DNA of 64,000 nt, from the IMG/VR virus record IMGVR_UViG_3300025137_000016. One strand, 5' to 3'. A program made the translations under genes and the position numbers. The notes beneath the pieces were generated by a model, which worked only from the letters and a program-made list of their open reading frames with translations, searched no databases and was not told the DNA's origin. Positions within the stretch are counted from its first letter, which is position 1. Every line of letters starts with the position of its first letter. Source of the stretch: a virus. Below are positions 40,283 to 49,217 of the stretch, one piece after another.

Positions 40283-40486
40283 ATGGATATATTACTTGAC
40301 CAACTCGCTGGTGTCCTCTGTGGCATCACACTGATACTATCAATATTAATACTAATTAATTGGATGCCCACAAAGCATGATCGATTATTTACTAATAATG
40401 TTAGAAAACAAAAGCAATTAATGCGTAAAAAACGACAATTAAAGACAGAATTAAAGCAAGTAAAAAAGGAACTTGCTGAGATTTAG
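40283..40486 (+). CDS. Small membrane-anchored hypothetical protein
   Basis: N-terminal hydrophobic helix followed by a basic coiled coil. Confidence 0.6.
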   Translation: MDILLDQLAGVLCGITLILSILILINWMPTKHDRLFTNNVRKQKQLMRKKRQLKTELKQVKKELAEI

Positions 40487-40570
40487 TTATAAGTCCTTGT
40501 TTTTTAATAACAAAATAATATAAAAAAAAGTGAAATAATGCTTTACTTTTGACTTCAATTGTAGTAAGAT
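40486..40570 (+). promoter_or_regulatory. Duplicated promoter element, copy 1 (IHF-like box plus promoter)
   Basis: GTTATAAGTCCTTGTTT...ATAACAAAATA...TTTACT-N17-TAAGAT; near-copy at 44619-44703. Confidence 0.8.
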
Positions 40571-40600
40571 AGTGGTATTGAATAAAAAATTAAGAGGTAA

Positions 40601-42961
40601 ATGATGAATAATTCAAAAGACGTACTAGCAAAACTATTAAGCACCGAAGATGTGCAAGTAGTTCGTGCTGAAGTTCCAACAGCATCTTTCGATGTTGTGG
40701 GTAGAACTTTGACTCTACCAACATTTGTAAACTTAGATGAGCATATAGAAAACTTGATGATCGGTCATGAAGTTGGTCATGCATTGTTTACTCCACATGA
40801 TAGTCTTCAAGATGATGCCTTCAAAGATAAGTTAGTTAAAAATTATGCTAATGTTATTGAAGATGTTCGTATTGAAAAATTAATTCAAAAAGAATATCCT
40901 GGATTGACTACTGACTTTGTTGCTGGTTATAAGACTCTTGCTAAAAGCGATTTCTTTAGAGTTGGCGATAGAGATATTAACTCTCTTCAATTAATTGATA
41001 AAATTAATCTTTACTTTAAAATTGGTCTTAAATCTGGTATTAAGTTTTCTGCTGAAGAGTTTGAAATTGTTTCTAGAGTTGATGGATGTAAATCATTCAA
41101 ACAAGTATTTGCTCTTGCTAAAGAGTTGGCTCAATATGCTCGTGATAAAAAACAAGGTGAAGAAGAAGCAAAAGAAGCAGCAAATAAAAGTGCACTTGAT
41201 GACTTAGCTGAAGAGGATGCTCAAGAAAAAAGAGAAGAAGCTGAAAGCCAAGAACAACAGGGTGATGGCGATACGACTCCTTGGGATGATGAAGAAGATG
41301 ATAAAGAAGAAGAAGGCGATGATGAAACTGATGCTGATTCTAAAGAGAAAACTTCTCCAGGAAATACTCAAGAAGAAAATACTGCCAATGAGTTTAATGA
41401 CCCATACGACTACCCATACGATTTTGATGATAGTCTAGAATCTAAAACTCAAGAAGCACTTGATAATAATATGAGAGACCAATCTAAGTTTGATGGTAAA
41501 ATCTTTAGAACTATTGATCATGATGAAATGCCTTTTGGTGTAGACCCTGTTATTACTTATCAAGAAATCCTTCAGTCACTTACTACTGTGGGTGGTGAGC
41601 GAGAAGGTTATTCTGTAAAAGATAGATTAATGAATGATGATGGTTTCACTACTGATAGAGGAAACTATTGTTCATTATTCTACCCTCGTACTGGAGAAAT
41701 AGAACTAGATAACTTCAAAGAATGTTATGGTCGTGAATATCTTGGTAATAAATCTGGTCTATACTATCAAGATGATTACAAAAACTTTTTAGATGCTATT
41801 AAAGATGATATCAACTTTATGGTAAAAGAGTTTGAAATGAAAAAATCTGCTAGTAGATATGCTCGTACGCAAACTGCTAAGTCTGGTCAATTAAATATTA
41901 ATAAACTTTACAACTATAAACTTTCTGAAGATCTATTCAAAAGAATTAATCTAGTTGCTGATGATAAAAATCATGGGTTTATTATGTTAGTTGATTGGTC
42001 TGGTTCTATGCATGATATTATGAGAGATACAGTTAGACAAGTAATTGTATTATCTACTTTCTGTCGTAAAGTTAATATCCCATTTGAAGTTCTTGCTTTC
42101 TCTAATCATGACAATACTTATAACTCTGATTATGTAAGTGAGCATAAGAATCATCCTGATATAGCTAAGATGACTGCTAAGAGACATGCTAATAGAGAGA
42201 AACTACATTACATGGAAAGAGATAGTATGTTCTATTATCAACTTCTAACTCATGATATGAGTGGTAAAGATTTTGATGAAATGTGTTTCTTACTTCACAG
42301 CTTTATCTGGCAGTATTCTAATGCTCTAAGTTTATCAGGTACTCCTTTGACTGAAGCACTTGAAGTTGCTGTAGGATACACTGGTCGTTTTATTAAAAAA
42401 CATAATATTGATAAAATGAATTTCATCACTCTTACTGATGGTGCTGGCTGGAGTAAAGGTTTCAGAGATAATAGTACAAAGTTCAATGAACTATATCCTT
42501 CAGCAGGTTGGAATTATAAAAAGCAAGATACTCTTATAGATCCTATGACTAAGAAACAATATAAAATTGTTGGTAAGTCTAGTTCTTCTGCATACGATAT
42601 GGTTTTCCTTGATATGATTAAGACTAGATATAATGCTTCTACGATTGGTTATTTCATTGGTAGAAATACCCAGCAAGGAATGCAACAGTTTAGACATTAT
42701 AATGTTGTTGATGAACATGAGTTTGATGTTGCCGATGCTAGAGTTGCTGTTCGTAAGAATGGTGGCTGGGCTTCTTTCAAAGGTTGTGGTCGTGACGAGA
42801 TGTTCTTCCTAGATTCTAAAAAGTTAAATCCTGTATCTGATGAAATTAAAATCGATGGTAAAGGTACTGCTTCTCAGATTGCTAGGTCTTTCTCTAAAGG
42901 TCTTAAACAAAATAGACAATCAAAAGTTCTTATGTCTACCTTCGTCGAGAGGGTAGCATAA
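40601..42961 (+). CDS. HEXXH metallopeptidase-like plus VWA domain protein (CobT-like MoxR partner)
   Basis: HEVGH, NVIEDVRIE, acidic linker, MIDAS DWSGS...GTP...LTDG. Confidence 0.85.
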   Translation: MMNNSKDVLAKLLSTEDVQVVRAEVPTASFDVVGRTLTLPTFVNLDEHIENLMIGHEVGHALFTPHDSLQDDAFKDKLVKNYANVIEDVRIEKLIQKEYPGLTTDFVAGYKTLAKSDFFRVGDRDINSLQLIDKINLYFKIGLKSGIKFSAEEFEIVSRVDGCKSFKQVFALAKELAQYARDKKQGEEEAKEAANKSALDDLAEEDAQEKREEAESQEQQGDGDTTPWDDEEDDKEEEGDDETDADSKEKTSPGNTQEENTANEFNDPYDYPYDFDDSLESKTQEALDNNMRDQSKFDGKIFRTIDHDEMPFGVDPVITYQEILQSLTTVGGEREGYSVKDRLMNDDGFTTDRGNYCSLFYPRTGEIELDNFKECYGREYLGNKSGLYYQDDYKNFLDAIKDDINFMVKEFEMKKSASRYARTQTAKSGQLNINKLYNYKLSEDLFKRINLVADDKNHGFIMLVDWSGSMHDIMRDTVRQVIVLSTFCRKVNIPFEVLAFSNHDNTYNSDYVSEHKNHPDIAKMTAKRHANREKLHYMERDSMFYYQLLTHDMSGKDFDEMCFLLHSFIWQYSNALSLSGTPLTEALEVAVGYTGRFIKKHNIDKMNFITLTDGAGWSKGFRDNSTKFNELYPSAGWNYKKQDTLIDPMTKKQYKIVGKSSSSAYDMVFLDMIKTRYNASTIGYFIGRNTQQGMQQFRHYNVVDEHEFDVADARVAVRKNGGWASFKGCGRDEMFFLDSKKLNPVSDEIKIDGKGTASQIARSFSKGLKQNRQSKVLMSTFVERVA

Positions 42962-43041
42962 TGTCACACGTGAAAGCATTCTTTTGGGCATTGGCAATAC
43001 TAATGTTCATCGTAGGACTTTTTATTTTGGAGAGTATATAA
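42961..43041 (+). CDS. 26-aa hydrophobic micro-protein (not in ORF track)
   Basis: TAATG overlap; MSHVKAFFWALAILMFIVGLFILESI. Confidence 0.5.
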   Translation: MSHVKAFFWALAILMFIVGLFILESI

Positions 43042-43042
43042 T

Positions 43043-43375
43043 ATGTCATTACCAATAGACACTACAAGTGAACAAGCACAAGTGCTAAAAGAAAAGATTA
43101 AGCAAAGACGAAGTCAGATGTTAGTCCACTCTGCCCTATATTATGAAATGGATGAGAGTGTCGTTGACGATGCTACATGGCAGAGATGGGCTGACGAACT
43201 TCGCGATTTGCAAAACGATAATCCCTTGCTTTGTACCATAGAATTCTATGACGAAGCATTCGCTCGGTGGGATGGATCCACTGGTCATCATTTACCTCTC
43301 AAAGACGAGTGGGTTTTGAGCCGAGCGAACTTATTATTAAATGCTAAAATAGAAGGATATGGTACCACTATATGA
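43043..43375 (+). CDS. Stand-alone NAD-dependent DNA ligase domain Ia-like protein
   Basis: HSALYYEMDESVVDDATWQRWADELRDL resembles LigA Ia (H..YY..D.P.ISD..YD....EL..L). Confidence 0.7.
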   Translation: MSLPIDTTSEQAQVLKEKIKQRRSQMLVHSALYYEMDESVVDDATWQRWADELRDLQNDNPLLCTIEFYDEAFARWDGSTGHHLPLKDEWVLSRANLLLNAKIEGYGTTI

Positions 43376-43605
43376 AAAAAGAAAAAACCCCACCACCATC
43401 TAAGAAACTTAGATATCACGTGAAGAGGAAAGGTAAAGTCTTTCTGGTAATGGAAAATGGTGGAGACATAAACAATAAAGTTGTTGTTGAATGCTCCACG
43501 AAAAAAGAAGCATATGCGATTTCAAAAACGCAGAGTTCTACTCAGCAGTGGCAACACAATGGTGGAGTTCCTATGTTTTTGTGTTCAGCAAATCAGATAA
43601 GTTAA
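43372..43605 (+). CDS. Hypothetical protein
   Basis: Start and stop overlap with both neighbours. Confidence 0.65.
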   Translation: MKKEKTPPPSKKLRYHVKRKGKVFLVMENGGDINNKVVVECSTKKEAYAISKTQSSTQQWQHNGGVPMFLCSANQIS

Positions 43606-44267
43606 TGAGTTATATCGTACCACATAAAAAAATCTATTATATTCATATCCCTAAAGCTGGAGGGACTAGCGAGTACTTTAATCTAATTGATACCTTTGGT
43701 ACAAGTAAAGTACAAGAAGTCCCTGAAGGAAAGCACAGCCCATATAACAGGCGATATGAAAGCTATGGTACGAAGTATGCACATGTTAGAAACCCACATA
43801 ATAGAATGCTCTCTATGTTTCTGTTCCATCATGAATTACAGTTTATGTTAGATAAATATATAAGTACAGAACGACAAGAGTTTATGAAGAAACATCACAA
43901 GCTAAGAATTAGTAGAGATGCAACTAAAATTAATACAGAGCAAACTCCATTTGATAGAATGATGGAAACTAAGGGACAGATGTTTACACAAATAACAACT
44001 CCTGAAAATTATATTATGTGGTTAGAAGTTGTTGGTAAAGCAAATAAGATGATGGATAGTCAATTTGCTTATAGACCATATTTACAGCAGAATTTATATT
44101 TGAATGATGATGTGTCAGTTAGAAAAATAGAAGATGAAGAAACGCATAAGAATATTACTACCAAACCTGATGATTATAAAGAAAGAGATTATCTAGATGC
44201 TGGCAAAGATTTGGTCGAGATATATTATAAAGAAGATTTTGATAAATTTGGATATGAAAATGTTTAA
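43605..44267 (+). CDS. Sulfotransferase family 2 protein
   Basis: YIHIPKAGGTS (5'-PSB), VRNPHNRMLS (3'-PB) and YYKEDFDKFGY; start at TAATG overlap. Confidence 0.8.
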   Translation: MSYIVPHKKIYYIHIPKAGGTSEYFNLIDTFGTSKVQEVPEGKHSPYNRRYESYGTKYAHVRNPHNRMLSMFLFHHELQFMLDKYISTERQEFMKKHHKLRISRDATKINTEQTPFDRMMETKGQMFTQITTPENYIMWLEVVGKANKMMDSQFAYRPYLQQNLYLNDDVSVRKIEDEETHKNITTKPDDYKERDYLDAGKDLVEIYYKEDFDKFGYENV

Positions 44268-44331
44268 ATTTTATTTAGAAATTATTACTTGCTTTTTTAT
44301 TATAGCAGGTGTAATAAAACACTACCATTAA
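44254..44331 (+). CDS. 25-aa hydrophobic micro-protein (not in ORF track)
   Basis: MKMFKFYLEIITCFFIIAGVIKHYH. Confidence 0.4.
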   Translation: MKMFKFYLEIITCFFIIAGVIKHYH

Positions 44332-44358
44332 TTAAAACAAAAAAAAGGAGAATACATT

Positions 44359-44610
44359 ATGGGAAAACACTTGAAAACTTCTATGGATGAAAAGGTTATT
44401 GATTATCTTGCCATCGAACTATGGAGAATAGATCCAAATAATAAAGTGCTACATAAATTCATGAGCATGCAGAATGAAGAAGGATTTCATATTAAAAAGA
44501 CTATAAATGAATATGATAAAACTAAGACAATGCCAGAGAAATATAACACAGATGGGACCTGGAAATCACCAAATGGGCAGATTTCATTTGAAGAATTTTT
44601 GGCTGAATAG
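44359..44610 (+). CDS. Hypothetical protein
   Basis: SD AAGGAG; 83 aa. Confidence 0.75.
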   Translation: MGKHLKTSMDEKVIDYLAIELWRIDPNNKVLHKFMSMQNEEGFHIKKTINEYDKTKTMPEKYNTDGTWKSPNGQISFEEFLAE

Positions 44611-44618
44611 TTAAAAAA

Positions 44619-44703
44619 GTTATAAGTCCTTGATTTCATATAACAAAATAGCCTAAAAAAAAGTGAGAAATGTCTTTACTTTTGGGTGTAATTGTAGTAA
44701 GAT
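44619..44703 (+). promoter_or_regulatory. Duplicated promoter element, copy 2 (perfect IHF consensus plus promoter)
   Basis: TAAGTCCTTGATT (44623-44635) = YAANNNNTTGATW; TTTACT 44675 - N17 - TAAGAT 44698. Confidence 0.8.
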
Positions 44704-44765
44704 AGGTACTATAAAGAATAAAAAACTTTATAAAATTGATAAATTAACAACGTGAGGTATATATT

Positions 44766-45950
44766 ATGACAAACTTATCAAAAGAAACTCTGTTCTTAGA
44801 AAAGGCATACGAGCTTTTTCCAGAGGTAGCTGAAAGTCAGCAAATGACTCAGGCTCAAATCTTAGCTGTCCGTAAGGCAGGTATTAGAGTCCCAGGCAGT
44901 GCTTGGGAAAATCGTGTAGCTGGGGCAACTCCTGCACTTTATATTATCCCTGGAGGTAGTATAACAAAACCAGTCCGAGAAACTACTGAAGCAGTTGCAA
45001 CTCAAAAAGTTGTTCCACTAAAATCTTCAGCAGTATCTTCTACTGTAGATAAAAATGCTTTGGTTCCAGAAGTGGATTCAAACTATGTTCCTTTCGGGAA
45101 CTATCAAGATCTAAATCATATTGTTAAATCTAATATGTTTTATCCTTCATACATTGCTGGTCCAACTGGTAATGGTAAATCAACAACTATTGAGCAAATC
45201 TGTGCTAAGCAGAAGAAACCTCTTATTCGTGTAAACTTAAACACGATGACTGATGAAGATCAGTTGATTGGTTCTAAGACTCTAGTTGATGGTAATGTTG
45301 AGATCGTAGAAGGTCCAGTGGTTATCGCCATGAGATTTGGTATCCCACTACTTCTTGATGAGATCGATGCTGGTGGAGCAAATACTCTACTTTGCTTACA
45401 ACCTATCCTTGAGGGCAAACCATTTTATTTCAAATTAAAAAATGAAATCATTGTTCCTGCTAAAGGATTTAATATCTTTGCTACTGCTAATACTAAAGGT
45501 AAAGGCTCTGATGATGGTAGATATATTGGTACTAATGTTCTTAATGAAGCATTCCTTGAAAGGTTTGCTGTGACATTCAACCAACCATATCCTACTCAAA
45601 AAATTGAGTTGAAGATTGTTCAAAATCTTCTTAACCATTATGAGTGTAAAGATAGTGGGGACTTTGCTTCTAACTTAGTTAAATGGGCAGAAGTTGTTCG
45701 TAAGACTTTTGATGATGGTGGTTGTGATGAGAATATCACTACTCGTAGATTGACTCACATTGTGAGAGCTTTCTCGATCTTTAAGAAAGAAGCCAAAGCG
45801 ATAGAGCTTTGCTTGAATAGATTTGATGAAGTCACTAAGATGGCTTTCTTAGATCTTTATAATAAGATTGCTAGTGGGGAGGAAGAAGTTGCTTCCCCTA
45901 GCGAGGAAGATACTACTAGAAACCCATTTAGTGAAGGAGAACAATCATAA
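44766..45950 (+). CDS. MoxR/CobS-like AAA+ ATPase
   Basis: GPTGNGKS, LLLDEID, ATANTKGKG and NEAFLERF motifs. Confidence 0.92.
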   Translation: MTNLSKETLFLEKAYELFPEVAESQQMTQAQILAVRKAGIRVPGSAWENRVAGATPALYIIPGGSITKPVRETTEAVATQKVVPLKSSAVSSTVDKNALVPEVDSNYVPFGNYQDLNHIVKSNMFYPSYIAGPTGNGKSTTIEQICAKQKKPLIRVNLNTMTDEDQLIGSKTLVDGNVEIVEGPVVIAMRFGIPLLLDEIDAGGANTLLCLQPILEGKPFYFKLKNEIIVPAKGFNIFATANTKGKGSDDGRYIGTNVLNEAFLERFAVTFNQPYPTQKIELKIVQNLLNHYECKDSGDFASNLVKWAEVVRKTFDDGGCDENITTRRLTHIVRAFSIFKKEAKAIELCLNRFDEVTKMAFLDLYNKIASGEEEVASPSEEDTTRNPFSEGEQS

Positions 45951-46387
45951 TGGAATTAACTTCATATGAAAACCTAACAAAGTTTCAAAGACGATGGGTA
46001 GATAACATGATCGACATCTACCCAGATCTTTCTTCTGGTGGTGCTATTACTCTAGAGCAATGTACTGAAGGAATTACTAAGTTAAAAGCAAAACATGATA
46101 AGGATCCATCGTTCCCTAAAATCGGAACACCAAACTGGAACTATAAGATTAACAAGATCGATAAAGGTATCTATTTCTTCCCTGCTCCTGGAGCAGATGC
46201 TGAGATGGCTATTCGTGAATCGGAAGATATAAGAATCTCTCGTCTACCCAAGCCCAAGTTTGTCATAGAAAATGACGAGGATGCTGATTTTGTTAAGGAA
46301 CTGCTGGAGTATGGTATTGAGATTGAAACAACTACTGTTAAATCCGATGCAATTCCAGACTTGCGATATTCATCTTCTATTGACTGA
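45950..46387 (+). CDS. Hypothetical protein resembling the N-terminal domain of the upstream AAA ATPase
   Basis: SD AAGGAG; shared pattern YP/FP...T..Q...P.W...Y..P. Confidence 0.7.
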   Translation: MELTSYENLTKFQRRWVDNMIDIYPDLSSGGAITLEQCTEGITKLKAKHDKDPSFPKIGTPNWNYKINKIDKGIYFFPAPGADAEMAIRESEDIRISRLPKPKFVIENDEDADFVKELLEYGIEIETTTVKSDAIPDLRYSSSID

Positions 46388-46402
46388 CGATAGCTGATGA
46401 TA

Positions 46403-46445
46403 GAGTGGATAGGAATGCCATCTCCTGTCCACTCGTTTTCATTTT
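46403..46445 (+). terminator. Rho-independent terminator
   Basis: GAGTGGATAGGA-N8-TCCTGTCCACTC followed by GTTTTCATTTT. Confidence 0.75.
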
Positions 46446-46451
46446 CACAAC

Positions 46452-46480
46452 TTTACTTTTAAGTTTTTTTAATATAGAAT
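46452..46480 (+). promoter_or_regulatory. Sigma70-type promoter (DUF3310-gp45 operon)
   Basis: TTTACT-N17-TAGAAT, 6 nt before the ATG. Confidence 0.8.
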
Positions 46481-46486
46481 GATACT

Positions 46487-46774
46487 ATGAATAAAAATGA
46501 AATACATTATAAATTTTCAGAGGATGAACTCATCGCTGAATTTAAACAATATATTGATAAGACCTATGGTGGTCACTACTCTAAAAATTCATTTCAAGCA
46601 AGTGAATTTATTATTGATAATGGTCATGGTATGGGATTTTTTATGGGCAATGTTTTGAAGTATGCCCAAAGGTATGGAAAGAAAGATGGATATAATCGAT
46701 CTGACATATTTAAAATACTTCACTATGCGTTGATGGCTCTCCATCAACATGACTTAACCAACAAGGAGAAATAA
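46487..46774 (+). CDS. DUF3310-like protein
   Basis: HY...GFFMGNVLKYAQRYGKKDG..DIFKILHY pattern. Confidence 0.8.
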   Translation: MNKNEIHYKFSEDELIAEFKQYIDKTYGGHYSKNSFQASEFIIDNGHGMGFFMGNVLKYAQRYGKKDGYNRSDIFKILHYALMALHQHDLTNKEK

Positions 46775-46779
46775 TCGTT

Positions 46780-47445
46780 ATGAAACTTTCGAAAGAAACA
46801 TTGAGCGTCCTTAAGAACTTTGCCACTATTAATGGCAATATTCTTATTAAAGCTGGGGATAGACTATCAACTATCTCAGCACAAAAAAATGTTATGGCAT
46901 CTACTACTGTTAAAGAACACTTTGACAGCGAGTTTGGTATCTATGACTTGAACGAGTTTTTAGGAGTGTACAGTTTATTTGCTGACGATCCAGAACTTAA
47001 TTTTGATGAGAAGTTTGTCACTGTGGCAAATGGTAAATCTAAAGTAAAATATTATGCAGCAGATGCATCGGTACTAGCATCCCCAACTAAAGATGCTTTG
47101 CCTGTTGATGAAGATGTTAAATTCGATCTTCCTCGTAGCATGTATGATATGATTATGAAGACTTCGTCAGTATTAAGATCTAATGATATCAGTATCATTG
47201 GTGCGGATGGTAAGTTGACTGTTGTTGTGGCTGATAAGAAGAATGCTACTTCTAACTCTTGGGATGCAATCCTTGGCGATACTGATAAGAATTTTAAAGT
47301 TAATTTCAGGATTGATAATTTTAAGATGTTAGATGGTGATTACGAAGTGACTATTTCTAAGAAAAGAATTTCTAAGTTTGCTTCTAAGATGAATGACCTT
47401 ACATATTTCATCGCAGTTGAAGCTGACTCTACATTCGACTTTTAA
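46780..47445 (+). CDS. 45: Sliding clamp gp45
   Basis: MKLSKETLSVLKNFATIN, FGIYDLNEFL and YFIAVE motifs. Confidence 0.95.
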   Translation: MKLSKETLSVLKNFATINGNILIKAGDRLSTISAQKNVMASTTVKEHFDSEFGIYDLNEFLGVYSLFADDPELNFDEKFVTVANGKSKVKYYAADASVLASPTKDALPVDEDVKFDLPRSMYDMIMKTSSVLRSNDISIIGADGKLTVVVADKKNATSNSWDAILGDTDKNFKVNFRIDNFKMLDGDYEVTISKKRISKFASKMNDLTYFIAVEADSTFDF

Positions 47446-47467
47446 TTATTAAAATGGAATTTATATT

Positions 47468-48406
47468 ATGCAAGACCAATTTATTTGGGTTGAGAAATAT
47501 CGACCTAACACTATTGACGAATGTGTCCTTCCCCAAAATTTAAAGGATACATTTAAAGAGTTTGTTGCTAGTGGGCAACTGCCGAACTTTCTGTTCTGTG
47601 GTACTGCTGGAGTGGGTAAGACTACTGTAGCGAAAGCCCTCTGCAATGAAATCGGTGCTGAGTATCTGTTCATCAATGGTTCTGAGGAATCTGGCATTGA
47701 TGTGATACGAACTAAAATCAAAAACTTTGCTTCGTCTGTTTCCCTGACAGACTCAAAGAAAATTGTTATTCTTGATGAAGCAGATTATCTGAATCCGAAC
47801 AGTACTCAGCCAGCATTGAGAGCATTCATTGAAGAGTTCTCAAACAACTGCCGATTTATATTTACCTGTAATTTTAAGAACAGGATTATCGAGCCACTTC
47901 ATTCTAGGTGTGCTGTTATTGAATTTAGAACTGATGGTAAAGATAAACCACAAGTTGCCACTGCCTTTTATAAAAGGGTTGAGTGGATTCTTAATGGCGA
48001 GGGCATCAAGTTTGAGCCAAAGGCTGTTCTAGAACTTATTCAAAAACACTTCCCTGACTTCCGAAGAGTCTTAAATGAATTACAAAGATATTCTGTATCT
48101 GGTAATATAGATTCTGGTGTAATGATCAATGTAAGTGAGGAGTCTTGGAATAATCTATTCTTATTACTTAAAGACAAGAACTTTAAAGAAGTTCGCAAGT
48201 GGGTCACTAAAAATAGTGATATTGAAACCACCCAATTATTTTCTGATTTATTCAACAATGCTAATGTTAAATTAAAACCTGACTCAGTACCACAACTGGT
48301 ATTGATCTTGGCAGACTATCAATACAAAGCAGCATTTGTCGCTGACCATGAACTCAATAAAATGGCAGCACTTACAGAGATAATGGCATCCTGTAAGTTT
48401 CAATAA
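47468..48406 (+). CDS. 44: Clamp loader large subunit gp44
   Basis: WVEKYRP, GVGKTT, DEAD and PLHSRC motifs. Confidence 0.96.
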   Translation: MQDQFIWVEKYRPNTIDECVLPQNLKDTFKEFVASGQLPNFLFCGTAGVGKTTVAKALCNEIGAEYLFINGSEESGIDVIRTKIKNFASSVSLTDSKKIVILDEADYLNPNSTQPALRAFIEEFSNNCRFIFTCNFKNRIIEPLHSRCAVIEFRTDGKDKPQVATAFYKRVEWILNGEGIKFEPKAVLELIQKHFPDFRRVLNELQRYSVSGNIDSGVMINVSEESWNNLFLLLKDKNFKEVRKWVTKNSDIETTQLFSDLFNNANVKLKPDSVPQLVLILADYQYKAAFVADHELNKMAALTEIMASCKFQ

Positions 48407-48792
48407 TGGCAAATCCATTCTTATATATAAATAATATCACCAACGACAAGAAGGATCTATTTAAAGATAATCCTCTTGCCGAGAAAGATTATGCATCCTT
48501 TATAGTCAATCGTGGTCTAGGATATTATCCTGATACTATTATGCAGTCGAATATGATGAATCGATACCATGATATCCCAAAGTCTTGGCAATACTATTTT
48601 TTACTAAATACTATCACAAAGGCAAAAAGGTTTTCGAAGTGGCATAAGCAAGATAAGCAGACCGAGTCCTTAAAGCTGGTAATGGAATATTATAATTATT
48701 CTCCAGAAAAGGCTCGTCAGGTAATGGATATATTAACAACTGACCAGATGAGCATAATTGAGCAAAAATTAAATAAAGGTGGTAAAAAATAA
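48406..48792 (+). CDS. 62: Clamp loader small subunit gp62
   Basis: Y..FIVNRGL, KRFSKW and YYNYS.EKA motifs; synteny. Confidence 0.9.
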   Translation: MANPFLYINNITNDKKDLFKDNPLAEKDYASFIVNRGLGYYPDTIMQSNMMNRYHDIPKSWQYYFLLNTITKAKRFSKWHKQDKQTESLKLVMEYYNYSPEKARQVMDILTTDQMSIIEQKLNKGGKK

Positions 48793-49208
48793 TGTCAGTT
48801 GAAATGATACATTACGATTGGTCTCCAGAGTCGATGTTAGAAGTCACTCTGCCTGAACCAGACAATTTCTTGAAAGTGAGAGAAACATTAACTCGTATCG
48901 GGATATCTTCTCGTACAGAAAACAAACTATTCCAATCTTGTCATATATTGCACAAGCAAGGAAAATACTTTATCGTACACTTCAAAGAACTATTTGCCCT
49001 AGATGGCAAAGAATCTAATATCGCTAATAACGATATTGAAAGAAGAAACACAATCGCAGTATTACTGCAAGATTGGGAACTCTTGAAGATAGTTAAGATT
49101 GAGCAAGCAGAGCCAAAGGCATCCTTGTCTCAAATTAAAGTATTATCGCATAAAGATAAATCTTCTTGGGAATTAGTGCCTAAATATAATATTGGGAAGA
49201 AAAAATAA
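48792..49208 (+). CDS. regA: Translational repressor RegA
   Basis: FLKVRETLTRIG and QSCHILHKQGKYFIVHFKELF motifs. Confidence 0.96.
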   Translation: MSVEMIHYDWSPESMLEVTLPEPDNFLKVRETLTRIGISSRTENKLFQSCHILHKQGKYFIVHFKELFALDGKESNIANNDIERRNTIAVLLQDWELLKIVKIEQAEPKASLSQIKVLSHKDKSSWELVPKYNIGKKK

Positions 49209-49217
49209 GGAGAGTAA

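Noticed and set aside
45870-45903. Inverted repeat in the 3' end of the AAA ATPase gene
   Set aside because: Lies in coding sequence with a large loop and no U-tract; no support for function.
44766-45950. Cobalamin synthesis role for the CobS-like gene
   Set aside because: No CobN or other cob genes in the window; better read as a MoxR/VWA chaperone pair.
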